From Longimicrobiales bacterium (lineage in GTDB: Bacteria > Gemmatimonadota > Gemmatimonadetes > Longimicrobiales > Gaopeijiaceae): a stretch of 64,000 bases of DNA. The DNA is taken from NCBI GenBank assembly GCA_963664435.2, contig CAXXKM010000002.1:224001-288000 (forward strand), in the 5' to 3' direction. This document shows, one piece after another, positions 26,747 through 36,987 of this stretch. Position 1 is the first letter of the stretch. Each line of letters begins with the position of its first letter. The position numbers were made by a program, and so were the translations under genes. Below the pieces are notes generated by a model. It did not search any database and was not told the origin of the DNA. It saw nothing but the letters and a program-made list of their open reading frames with translations.

Positions 26747-29700
26747 TCAATCACTCACCGGCGGCGGATCCTCTTCCTCCTCCTCTTCCGGCGGCCGCGG
26801 GCGATTCATGCGCAGCGTGACCCCTCCGAAGAAGGTGGAGCCTGAGCGCTCGACCTTGTGGTCGCCCTCGTACAGGTAGTCGAGGATGGCCTGGTCCCAC
26901 GAGAGCCCTGCCTTCGCGACCAGCTCCATCCACGGGCCGTACGCAGTTTCGTCGGGCGCCTCGGTGGTGCCGCTCCAGATGGTGACCCGCGGGTTGTAGC
27001 CGCCCCCGCCCCCTCCCGATGATCCCTTGAGGGGCATCTGGATCAGGACGCTGTCGGTCATGGGCAGGCGGAAGACGTCCGTGTCGAAGTCGGCGCCGTA
27101 GCGCTGGTAGCGGGCGTAGGTGCGCTGGTTCATCTCGAAGACATCGCGGTTCGAATTGATGCCCCGGGTGATGTAGTCGCGCAGCTGGAAGGCGGCGTCC
27201 CGGTGCCGCGGGAACTCCGGGTTGTCGATGTAGCCGAATCCCGGCATGAACCAGCCCTTGTTGAATCCCCAGTTGCGCTCGGTTACGCGCCCGCGGCGCA
27301 CGAGCCCCGTGTATTCCGAGAAGAGCTGCACCACCTGGTGCGAGGGATAGCCGTGCGGGTTCAGGAAGATGTCGGGCAGCCACGCCTCCCAGAGCCGGCC
27401 GCGCACCTTCGATTCCGGGTAGATGGGATGGTCGTCGCCCGAGCCCGAACTGACGTCGATGCCGAGCGAACCCAGGTAGCCCGCGTGCAGGATGTAGTCG
27501 GGGGTGGAGCGGTACAGGTCGTACGCCAGCTGGGCGCCGTCCGGGTTGGTGAAGGGATGGATGATGACGTTCACGCGGTCCAGCTTCGGGCGCTGCTCCG
27601 GGTCGGTGAGGAGCAGCTCGGCGTGGCGCAGCACGTGGCTTGTGGAGGACACCTCGTTGGCGTGCTGGCGCGCGGAATAGATGACGGTCGGCTTGTACGT
27701 GGTGGCCTTGGCGCGGGACCAGTGTGAGGCGGTGATCGCCGGCATCAGGTCCATCGCCCAGGTGGTCTTGCCCAGGTAGGACTCACCGACCTGGTAGACG
27801 TGCGCCTCCTCGAAGGTCGCCCCCATCTGCGCCAGGATGCGATGGCCCTCCGGCGGCGGCATGGGCGTATCCCACTGCACGAGGCGCTCGCCCGAGTAGC
27901 TCCAGCCCTCGGGGAGGAGCGCGCGCCAGTCCGGTAGCGGGGCGGGCGTGCCATTGGCCGCAAGATGGATGGTGCGGCGGGACTCGGGGTCCTCTTCATG
28001 CGTCCATTCGGCGTGCACCTCCAGCGATCCCAGACCCGGGAACGCCAGCGCCGATGCGTACATGCCGCGGTCGCGCATGGCCTCGATGTGCCCGAGGGTC
28101 GCCTCGACCTGCTCGGCCGAGAGCATGCGCTCGTCGACCTGCAGGGGCTGGGCGTAGGCGAGCAGACTGTCGCGCATGTCGGCTTCGGTGTCGACGCGCA
28201 CGCGCAGGGCGAGGTGCGAGAGGCCGGGCGTGCCCTCGCGCACGTGTGCTTCGCGCGCGGAGGGGCGCTCCATGGTGATGCGCGGGATGTCCAGGCGCAC
28301 CTCGCCGGTCTCGCCGGAGCGGTCGCGATATCGGACGACCACCGCTGGCCGCGAGGTGGCGAACCCCGAGAGGGAGATGTTGGCGGTTCCCGCCGTACCG
28401 TCCGATTTGGGCGTCATCAAGGGGATGACGCGGCCGGGGAAGGTGAGCCCCTGCCCCCGCGAGTTGCGGCCGATCAGGTCGAAGAACTCGATGGTGCCGA
28501 AATACACCTCCTCGTGGAGGGCATCCATGGTGGAGTGGATCTCGTTGTCGATCTCCAGGCGGTAGTCGGGCTCGCTCAGCTGGACCTCGGCCACCAGCTC
28601 ACCGAAGAACGGGGCATCCGCGTTTCCGCCCCGCGGGATGCCCTCGTGGCGCTCCATGACGTAGTCGTAGACGGCCGGCAGGATGGTCTCCTGGTAGTAG
28701 TCCCAGAACGCCTCCGGGTCGGTGACGATGCGTTCGTCCGCCAGGACGCGGTCCGCGGCGCGCGCCTCGATCCAGCCGGTGGTGACGCGCACGTGCTCGT
28801 AGTCGCGGAAGCGGTCGACGTACGGGCGCATCACCCACTTGGGGTCGAAGGTCTCGGTGAGGAATACATCGCCGGACGGATCGGTCACTTCGACTTCGTA
28901 GGTCGGGCCCTCCAGCACCTCCTCGAAGCGGATCCGTTCCAGGTCGATGCCCAGGTCGCGCGCCAGCACTTCGTCGATGGGGAAGATCTCGTGCAGCCAG
29001 CGCACCGGCGTGTGGATGGCCTGCTGGGGCCACTCCTCGGGCGGGTCGTTGCGCCGGAAACGGATGAGAATTTCGCCGATTTCGGCGCCCTCCAGTTGCG
29101 GGCGCACGCCCTCGTACAGCCAGTAGTAGCCCTGTTTGAAGGCCGAGCGTACTTCGACGACGGTCGCTTCCGGGTCGGCGCCGCGCTCGAGGAGGGCGCT
29201 CCGCACCTCTTCCTCCAGCCGGCGGCGCACCTCCGGCGGCTCGCTCAGGCGGGCGTGGACGGTGACCGGCTCCCCGGATGCGACGGCCGGGAGCACGTCT
29301 TCGTCGACGATGGCGCGGAAGCGCTCCACCTCGGAGGGCAGCGTGATGGACTCGGAGAAGATGGAGGCTGCGTTCTGCACGTCGCGGTCGTCGACCGTCA
29401 CGTTGATCTCGCCGGCGCCCAGGGCGGCCGCGCGCTCGCGGACGAGGTCGGAGAGGCCGGGATCGGGCTTCTCCACGGAGATCAGCACTTCGGCGGCGGC
29501 CAGGTCGCGGCCGCCGAGATCTGCCAGGATGCGGTCGAGCTTGTAGAGGCCGATGGCCGCCTGACCCGCGGGGGAGCGGCCGGAGAGCGCACTCCAGAGT
29601 GCCTGCTCCACATCGTCGAGGGTGGGGCGGTCGTCGCCCCGGGCATCCAGGTGGGGGAGGGTGAGGGCAAGGTGGTCGAGGGCGCGGCGCGCTCCCGCGG

Positions 29701-31300
29701 GGTCCCCACCGGTCACCACCAGCGAAGGCTTGCTGCCGAAGGCGTCGGGCACGAGTTGGATGAGTCCCTCCCCGGGCTGGAGGCCGGCCAGGTCGACCCT
29801 GCCGCTGTCGGCGAGCTGCTCCGTGAGCGGGTTGTCGGTGCCGGCCAGCACCAGGGTGGGACGGGAGGCGGGGCGGTCCAGGCCGGCGGCGGGCTCCACC
29901 AGCGGCACCACCAGCCCGGTCGCCTCCAGCCCGAGGCGGGCGGCAAGGTCGGGCAGCGCCTCCACCGCGGCCGCGCCCGGGGCGAGCAGGGCGTCGATCC
30001 GGTCGGGAATCTCGTTGTTGTCGGAGTCGCCCAGCAGGCCGTCGGGGGTGTACAGGTTGGACAGGTCGAGCGACCCCTTCGCGCCGCTGCCCGGTCGACC
30101 CGCGACCGGTCCGGGCGCGTCCGGGGCGGCCCGGCCCGGGATACGCACCACTGGACCGGAGGCAAGGCGCACCTCCACCGAGCCCAGGCCGGGATAGGCG
30201 AACGGGTCGTCCGACTGTTCCGGTGCATCGGCCGCCTGCGGGTCGTCCTGCCCGGCGGGGTCCGCCCCGGGGTCAGCCGGGCCGGCGGGTTCCGTCGCGG
30301 CCGGCGTGTCCTGCCCGGTGGCGGCGTCCTGCCCGGTCGTGGTCGGGACGTCCTCTCCGGCGGCGAGCGCGCGCAGCACCCCGGCCGCCTCCTCGACATC
30401 GGCCACCGCCACCCGCACGTTCGCGATCAGGCGGTTCACCCCGTCCGATCCGGCGCGCGCCCGGGCCTGCCAGAGCCGGACCTCCTCCACCTCCACCCCC
30501 GACGCTTCCAGCGCGTCGCGCACGTCGTCGCCCGCGGCCGACAGCAGCGGCGCGGACAGGGTGCGCGTGTGCGGCAGCGCGCCCGCGAACATGCGGGCCG
30601 CCGCCACCAGCCCCTCGTCATCCCCACCCACCACCACCACCCAGCGCCGGCCGTCCGCCTCGCGCACCACCACCGCCCCCTCATCCGCATCGAGCGAGGC
30701 CGGATCGACCCCCGGCGAATCCAGCCCCGACGCGGCCAGGCCACCCCGGCCCACCACGACCAGCACCCCTTCCGCCTCCGTGCCGCGAGCCAGCGGCAGG
30801 TCCAGCGCCATGGTCTCGAAGCCCAGGCGGGCCGCAATCTCGGCGGCTGCGCGCGTCTCGCCCGGCGTCGGCGCCTCTCCCGTCACCAGCGAGGCGTTGA
30901 CAAAGTCCGGCACCTCGTCGCCGTTGGTATCCAGGACGAGGCCGCCGACCTCGAAAAGCGTGGTCAGGTCACCAGGAGTGGAGACGGCCGGAGCTGCCTG
31001 GGAGGCCCCGGGCGCGGGCACCAGCGCCCACAACGCCAACGCGGCCATGGCCGACAGCCACGCCGCCAATGCCGGAGGTCGCGAGAAACCCGCGATGCGT
31101 CCTGCGTCCACACCTGAACGTCTACGGCCGGCCGCTCGTGGGCCGTGGGTCGCCAGCCCTCCAGCGTCGGGCGCGTCACGTCCCTCGTCGCCCGCCGCTG
31201 AACCGCGGTACGCCGGCCCCACAACCTCCGTCGCAACCTTCAGCCTGCTCCGGCCCGCCCCGAACCGCGCGCGGAGCGCCTCCGGCCGGAGCGCGCTCAC
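26747..31300 (-). CDS. Very large M14-family zinc carboxypeptidase-domain protein
   Basis: C-terminal ARQHANE, NPDG and LNPHGYP motifs. GTG at 31300 overlaps the cstA stop (GTGA); alternative ATG at 31048. Signal-like segment and a duplicated N-terminal module. Confidence 0.8.
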   Translation of the reverse strand: MSALRPEALRARFGAGRSRLKVATEVVGPAYRGSAAGDEGRDAPDAGGLATHGPRAAGRRRSGVDAGRIAGFSRPPALAAWLSAMAALALWALVPAPGASQAAPAVSTPGDLTTLFEVGGLVLDTNGDEVPDFVNASLVTGEAPTPGETRAAAEIAARLGFETMALDLPLARGTEAEGVLVVVGRGGLAASGLDSPGVDPASLDADEGAVVVREADGRRWVVVVGGDDEGLVAAARMFAGALPHTRTLSAPLLSAAGDDVRDALEASGVEVEEVRLWQARARAGSDGVNRLIANVRVAVADVEEAAGVLRALAAGEDVPTTTGQDAATGQDTPAATEPAGPADPGADPAGQDDPQAADAPEQSDDPFAYPGLGSVEVRLASGPVVRIPGRAAPDAPGPVAGRPGSGAKGSLDLSNLYTPDGLLGDSDNNEIPDRIDALLAPGAAAVEALPDLAARLGLEATGLVVPLVEPAAGLDRPASRPTLVLAGTDNPLTEQLADSGRVDLAGLQPGEGLIQLVPDAFGSKPSLVVTGGDPAGARRALDHLALTLPHLDARGDDRPTLDDVEQALWSALSGRSPAGQAAIGLYKLDRILADLGGRDLAAAEVLISVEKPDPGLSDLVRERAAALGAGEINVTVDDRDVQNAASIFSESITLPSEVERFRAIVDEDVLPAVASGEPVTVHARLSEPPEVRRRLEEEVRSALLERGADPEATVVEVRSAFKQGYYWLYEGVRPQLEGAEIGEILIRFRRNDPPEEWPQQAIHTPVRWLHEIFPIDEVLARDLGIDLERIRFEEVLEGPTYEVEVTDPSGDVFLTETFDPKWVMRPYVDRFRDYEHVRVTTGWIEARAADRVLADERIVTDPEAFWDYYQETILPAVYDYVMERHEGIPRGGNADAPFFGELVAEVQLSEPDYRLEIDNEIHSTMDALHEEVYFGTIEFFDLIGRNSRGQGLTFPGRVIPLMTPKSDGTAGTANISLSGFATSRPAVVVRYRDRSGETGEVRLDIPRITMERPSAREAHVREGTPGLSHLALRVRVDTEADMRDSLLAYAQPLQVDERMLSAEQVEATLGHIEAMRDRGMYASALAFPGLGSLEVHAEWTHEEDPESRRTIHLAANGTPAPLPDWRALLPEGWSYSGERLVQWDTPMPPPEGHRILAQMGATFEEAHVYQVGESYLGKTTWAMDLMPAITASHWSRAKATTYKPTVIYSARQHANEVSSTSHVLRHAELLLTDPEQRPKLDRVNVIIHPFTNPDGAQLAYDLYRSTPDYILHAGYLGSLGIDVSSGSGDDHPIYPESKVRGRLWEAWLPDIFLNPHGYPSHQVVQLFSEYTGLVRRGRVTERNWGFNKGWFMPGFGYIDNPEFPRHRDAAFQLRDYITRGINSNRDVFEMNQRTYARYQRYGADFDTDVFRLPMTDSVLIQMPLKGSSGGGGGGYNPRVTIWSGTTEAPDETAYGPWMELVAKAGLSWDQAILDYLYEGDHKVERSGSTFFGGVTLRMNRPRPPEEEEEEDPPPVSD

Positions 31301-33075
31301 GAACCGTGACGCGCCGGAGCCCCCGGTCCGCCCGCGGCAATCGCCATCCGGATCGCCGCCAGCGCCTCGAACACGAGCCACAGCACCAGCACGAAGATCA
31401 GGCCCCCGACCCCGAACAGGAGCCAGGTCTCGCTGGTCCAGTAGCCGATCATGTTGATGACCATGGCCCACGTCGTCATCACGAGCAGGAAGCTCAGCGG
31501 CACGACCGTCACCCAGATCCTCCGCTTCAGGCTGAAGAGGAAGAGGCTGATGACAAGAAGGCTCATCGCCCCCGTGAGCTGATTGGTGGTGCCGAAGAGC
31601 GGCCAGAGGCGCATGCCCCCCGCGCCCCGGTCCACACCCAGCGCCAGCAGGGCGCAGCTGGAAACCGCGAGCGTCGTCGCGATCCAGCGATTCTGCGCGA
31701 ACTTGATCTTGTACTCGGCTCCCAGCTCGGAGATGATGTAGCGCTGCAGCCGAACCCCGGTGTCCATGGTGGTCGCCGCAAAGCTGATGACGACCACCGC
31801 CGCGAAGGTGACCGCGAGCCCCTGCGGAATGCCGATCCCCTGCGCCAGGAATCCCACGCCCTGCACGAACGCCTGGGTCGCACCCGCCGAAGCCGACGCG
31901 AACGACCCGTAGTGATCGTGCCAGCCGTCCACCCCCACCACGACCGCGAAACCGGCGGTGGTGGCGAGAATCGCGGTGAGCGCCAGCGATCCCTCGCCGA
32001 TCGCGCCTCCGTATCCCACGTAGCGCGCGTCCGTCTCCTTGTCGAGCTGTTTGGACGACGTCCCCGACGACACCAGCCCGTGGAAGCCGCTGATCGCCCC
32101 ACAGGCGATGGTCACGAAGAGGAGCGGGAACCAGTTGGGGGTATCGGGCGGCAGATTCGTGTTGATCGCGGGCGCCACCACCGGGGCGTTGGTAAAGATG
32201 ATGCCGAGCCCGATGATGCCGAGCGCCACGAACAGCTGGTGGCTGTTGACGTAGTCGCGGGGCTGGAGCAGCAGCCAGACCGGCAGCACGCTGGCGAAGA
32301 AGGCGTAGACGAAGAGGACGATGACCCAGCCCGCGCGCACGCCGTCGGTGGTCGCCGCCGCCGCCGCGGCGGCCTGATCGCCCCCGCTGGCCGCTATCTG
32401 GGCAGCCGTGGGCGCGAAGCCGAAGAAGTCGGGCAGCTGGAGCGGGACCGACTGGCCCACCCAGATGAGGAAATAGAGCACCGCCAGCGCTCCGAGCGAC
32501 GGCAGCAGCAGCCCGGCGCCCGACCGGTAGATGAGGAAGCCCACCGTGATCGCGACCACAAGGCTGCCCCAGACGGGAAGCACCGCCCCCGGGTTGCCGA
32601 TGAACAGGTTGGAGATGACGACGGCGAATACCGCGTTCACCAGCAGCAGCAGGAAGAAGATCACCAGCATGAAGAGCACCCGGCCCCGGTCCCCCACGAT
32701 CTTGCCTGCCAGCGTCCCGATGGAGTTCGCCTTGTGCCGGGTCGAGATCCACAGCGTGCCGAAGTCATGCACCGCGCCCGCGAAGATGGTGCCCAGCACC
32801 ACCCACAGGAACGCGGGCAGCCACCCCCAGATGACCGCGATCGCCGGGCCCACGATGGGTGCGGCTCCCGCAACGGAGGTGAAATGGTGACCGAAGAGCA
32901 CGTTGCGGTTGGTGGGCAGGAAGTCCACCCCGTCCTCGAACTCGTGCGCCGGCGTGCGGAAGTCGGGGTCGAGCCGGTAGATCTTCTGGGCGACGTACCG
33001 GGAATAGACCCGGTATCCGGTGGCGAACGCGGCCAATCCGATCAGTAGGAGTACGATTGAACTCACGGAAGCCAT
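31297..33075 (-). CDS. cstA: Carbon starvation protein A (CstA) family transporter
   Basis: TPAHEFEDGVDF, LFGHHFTSVAGAAPIVGP, LLQPRDY, IACGAISGFH and LWPLFGTTNQL motifs. Confidence 0.95.
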   Translation of the reverse strand: MASVSSIVLLLIGLAAFATGYRVYSRYVAQKIYRLDPDFRTPAHEFEDGVDFLPTNRNVLFGHHFTSVAGAAPIVGPAIAVIWGWLPAFLWVVLGTIFAGAVHDFGTLWISTRHKANSIGTLAGKIVGDRGRVLFMLVIFFLLLLVNAVFAVVISNLFIGNPGAVLPVWGSLVVAITVGFLIYRSGAGLLLPSLGALAVLYFLIWVGQSVPLQLPDFFGFAPTAAQIAASGGDQAAAAAAATTDGVRAGWVIVLFVYAFFASVLPVWLLLQPRDYVNSHQLFVALGIIGLGIIFTNAPVVAPAINTNLPPDTPNWFPLLFVTIACGAISGFHGLVSSGTSSKQLDKETDARYVGYGGAIGEGSLALTAILATTAGFAVVVGVDGWHDHYGSFASASAGATQAFVQGVGFLAQGIGIPQGLAVTFAAVVVISFAATTMDTGVRLQRYIISELGAEYKIKFAQNRWIATTLAVSSCALLALGVDRGAGGMRLWPLFGTTNQLTGAMSLLVISLFLFSLKRRIWVTVVPLSFLLVMTTWAMVINMIGYWTSETWLLFGVGGLIFVLVLWLVFEALAAIRMAIAAGGPGAPARHGS

Positions 33076-33132
33076 CCTTTGCTGAGGGAACGATGCGGCT
33101 TCGCCAGCCTGCCGACGCGCGGAACGGTCAGT

Positions 33133-34110
33133 TTACGTCGCGCGCTCCGACCTCGGCAACGCCCCGGCCAGACGTTCCAGCGCCCCCAGCCCATGCAGCC
33201 GGCCCTCGAACAGAGGAATGGCGTGCACCGGATATCCGGAGAAACTCCTGCGCACCCGATCGGCGTATTCCCGCTGGCGGTCGCGCCGGGCCCCCAGCAA
33301 CGTCCCGTCCGCGTCCTCAGGCACCACCTGGTTCAGGAAGATGGCCGCGACCGGGATCCCGTACTTGTCGAGCATCTTCACCGAACGCTCCGTCTCCGCG
33401 ACGGGCAGATGCTCCGGCGTGACCACGAAGACGAAGCCGGTGCGGTGCGGGTCCGTGATCAGGGCGCGTGCATGGCGGAAGCGGGCCCGGCGTTCGGTGA
33501 GCGCGCCGAGCACCGGATCCTCAGCGGGATCCTCGGAGCCCGCCGCCGCGCCCGCCACGTTGCGCCACATGCGCCCGAGCACGTTGACCTTCCTGCGCCG
33601 CGAGATGAGCCCGCTGATCCATGTGTCCATCAGCTCCGGCAGCGAGAGCAGCCGTAGCGTGTGGCCTAGCGGGGCGGTGTCGAAGATCAGGCGGTCCCAG
33701 CTGTCGCGGGCCTCCTCGGCGATGCGCGTGAACCGGTCGAACAGCGCGGCTTCCTCGGCCCCGGGGGTCACGCGCGCGATGTCGATCTGGCGCTCGACCT
33801 CCGCCATCAGGCGCGGTGGCGTGCTGTCGGCGATGCGCGCCTTCACGTCGTCGATGTAGCGGTCGGCTTCCTCCGCGGGATCGATCTCGAGCGCCCACAG
33901 CCGCGGGCGAACCTCCCGCGCCTCCCCGCCCAGCCTGGTCTCGAGCACGTCCGACGTCGAGTGCGCGGGATCCGTCGAGACCAGCAGGGTGCGGTGCCCC
34001 TCGCGCGCGGCCTCGAGGGCCATGGTGGCGGCCAGGGTGGTCTTGCCGACCCCGCCCTTGCCGCCGAAGAAGACGACCTCCCGGTCGAGAATGCGGCGCG
34101 GCCTGGCCAT
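33133..34110 (-). CDS. Single-domain ArsA/Get3 family ATPase
   Basis: GKGGVGKTT, STDPAHS and DTAPLGH motifs. No cysteines in the translation. Confidence 0.92.
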   Translation of the reverse strand: MARPRRILDREVVFFGGKGGVGKTTLAATMALEAAREGHRTLLVSTDPAHSTSDVLETRLGGEAREVRPRLWALEIDPAEEADRYIDDVKARIADSTPPRLMAEVERQIDIARVTPGAEEAALFDRFTRIAEEARDSWDRLIFDTAPLGHTLRLLSLPELMDTWISGLISRRRKVNVLGRMWRNVAGAAAGSEDPAEDPVLGALTERRARFRHARALITDPHRTGFVFVVTPEHLPVAETERSVKMLDKYGIPVAAIFLNQVVPEDADGTLLGARRDRQREYADRVRRSFSGYPVHAIPLFEGRLHGLGALERLAGALPRSERAT

Positions 34111-34191
34111 CAGCGTGGAGCCGGAGCGGGCCTCACCGGCGATTCGTTCCGCGGGCCGCGCGGGGTCCCGGCTTCAACCGCGGGCCCGGTC

Positions 34192-34512
34192 TCAGCAGCA
34201 CCTGAATCCGCCGTCCGGCGGACGGGGCATGCCGATGCGCCGGTGCCACTGGTGGAATTCCTCGATCACGTCGGGATAGATCTCGAGGGCGTAGAAGGCC
34301 ACCGGGTTCGGGGCTCCCAGCAGGTCTGCAAACCCCAGGAGCAGGAAAGTGTCGCGCTCTTCGCGGTACGCTCGATAGATCTGGGACCGGTAGGGCGCGA
34401 AGTAGATGCCCTCGTAGATCTCGCCCGCGGCCCGCAGGCCCTTCCTCACGCGCCGGATGGCCTTCCGGATCCGGGACGCCAGCCGACCCTCCCTACCCGG
34501 CATCGTATTCAT
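34192..34512 (-). CDS. Small protein ending in Cys-Cys (resembles the 'cory-CC-star' family)
   Basis: APYR...LGAPNPVAFYALEIYP...FHQWHRRIG...GFRCC-stop, next to ArsA-like and CstA genes. Confidence 0.78.
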   Translation of the reverse strand: MNTMPGREGRLASRIRKAIRRVRKGLRAAGEIYEGIYFAPYRSQIYRAYREERDTFLLLGFADLLGAPNPVAFYALEIYPDVIEEFHQWHRRIGMPRPPDGGFRCC

Positions 34513-34885
34513 CCTCCGTCACCGGATCTCCCCAGCTCGTCACCGCGTTCACGTTGAGCGCGATGTGGGTCATGGCTCCGCCGGGCGCGGCGCCGTGCCA
34601 GTGGTTCTCGCCGGGCTCCACGACGATGAGGTCTCCCGGCCCGGCTTCCCCGACGGGCTCGCCTTCCTTCTGGTATCGGCAACGGCCCTCCACGATGTAG
34701 AGCATCTGATGACCGCTGTGCGTGTGCCAGTTGGTGCGCGAGCGGGCCTCGAAGTGGACGCGGTAGACGTTCACCCGGGGATCGGCGGGGAGGGCGCCCT
34801 CGATGCGGCGCAAGCTCCCGGGGCCGGTGAAGTTGACCGGATCCGAGGATTCGCGCTCCAGGGTCTCAAGGGGGAAGACGTTCAT
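34493..34885 (-). CDS. Cupin domain protein
   Basis: NFTG, RTNWHTH.GHQ.L and PGENHWHGA motifs. Confidence 0.88.
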   Translation of the reverse strand: MNVFPLETLERESSDPVNFTGPGSLRRIEGALPADPRVNVYRVHFEARSRTNWHTHSGHQMLYIVEGRCRYQKEGEPVGEAGPGDLIVVEPGENHWHGAAPGGAMTHIALNVNAVTSWGDPVTEDEYDAG

Positions 34886-35060
34886 CTTTGCAGTCTCGCC
34901 GTTTTGCGGTTTGGAGAGGTGTTGCCGCGTGCCCATGATCGCGCCTGCCGCGTGCATTGGCCAGTGGACTCCCGTGACGAGGCTCAACATATTTCCGGGC
35001 TGAAGCAAGTGGATTCCGGAGCCGAAGCAGGAATCACGCAGTCGACCGTCTCGCAGAACA

Positions 35061-36053
<993 letters not shown>

Positions 36054-36054
36054 G

Positions 36055-36987
36055 GTGAACCGGCCGGTCGCTCCATCGGGCCCGGATGTCGACCGCATTA
36101 TCCGGGCGGCGCTGGCCGAAGACCTCGGGGACGCGGGCGACATCACCAGCCGGGCGGTGATCCCGCGGGGCGCGCGCACGAGCGCGGCGCTGGTCGCGCG
36201 CGAGGCGGGGGTGGTGGCCGGCCTGCCGGTCGCCGCGCGCGTGTTCGCGCTGGTGAACCCGGAAGTGGCGACCGAACCGCTGTGCAGGGACGGGAGCGCG
36301 GTGACCGGAGGCAGCGTCCTGGCCCGCATCCACGGATCGGCGAGGGATGTGCTGGCCGCTGAGCGGACCGCCCTCAACTTCCTGGGACACCTGAGCGGCA
36401 TCGCCACCCGCACCGCCCGTTTCGTGACGGCCGTCGCGGGAACGCGCGCCCGCATCCTCGACACGCGCAAGACCACGCCCGGGCTGCGCGCGCTGGAGAA
36501 GTACGCGGTGCGCGCCGGCGGCGGAGCCAACCACCGCATCGGCCTATACGACGCGGTGCTGATCAAGGACAACCACATCGCGGTCGCGGGGAGCGTCGCC
36601 CGAGCCGTGAAGGCGGCCCGCGCCGGGACCGGCACAGCCATCGAAGTGGAAGTCGAGACGTGCGGCCAGGCACGAGAAGCGGTGGAGGCGGGCGCGGATA
36701 TCATCCTCCTGGACAACATGGACCCTGCGACCATGCGTGAAGCGGTGCGCCTCATCGACGGAAGAGCCCTCACCGAGGCATCCGGGGGCATCGACCTGGA
36801 ACGTGTGCGCCAGGTGGCCGGGACGGGGGTGGACCGGATCTCCGCGGGGGCGCTGACCTATGGCGTTCCGCGCCTGAACGTCGCCCTCGATTTCGAGAGC
36901 GCCGGCCCCGACGCCAGCCCTGACCTCGACGACGCCGGCCCCGACCTCGACAGCGCCGGCCCCGACCTCGTGAACGCCGCCCCGTGA
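36055..36987 (+). CDS. nadC: Nicotinate-nucleotide pyrophosphorylase NadC
   Basis: EDLG..GDITS, ERTALN, DTRKTTPG, NHR.GL.D, LIKDNH, LLDNM and EASGG motifs. Confidence 0.97.
   Translation: MNRPVAPSGPDVDRIIRAALAEDLGDAGDITSRAVIPRGARTSAALVAREAGVVAGLPVAARVFALVNPEVATEPLCRDGSAVTGGSVLARIHGSARDVLAAERTALNFLGHLSGIATRTARFVTAVAGTRARILDTRKTTPGLRALEKYAVRAGGGANHRIGLYDAVLIKDNHIAVAGSVARAVKAARAGTGTAIEVEVETCGQAREAVEAGADIILLDNMDPATMREAVRLIDGRALTEASGGIDLERVRQVAGTGVDRISAGALTYGVPRLNVALDFESAGPDASPDLDDAGPDLDSAGPDLVNAAP
36901..36975 (+). repeat. 21-bp tandem repeat in the nadC 3' end (AGPDLDx)
   Basis: Units at 36913, 36934 and 36955 (GCCGGCCCCGACCTCGAC...), plus a partial unit at 36901. Confidence 0.8.

Noticed and set aside
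31301..32752. N-terminal extension making a 2001-aa M14 protein
   Set aside because: Overlaps cstA in another frame with non-protein-like composition; the real start is at or below 31300.
33133..34110. Arsenic resistance ArsA
   Set aside because: Single domain, no Cys ligands, no arsR/B/C/D or acr3 nearby.
34192..34200. Selenocysteine readthrough at the TGA after Cys-Cys
   Set aside because: Both Cys are TGC-encoded, the TGA sits where the family ends, and I could not recognise a SECIS.
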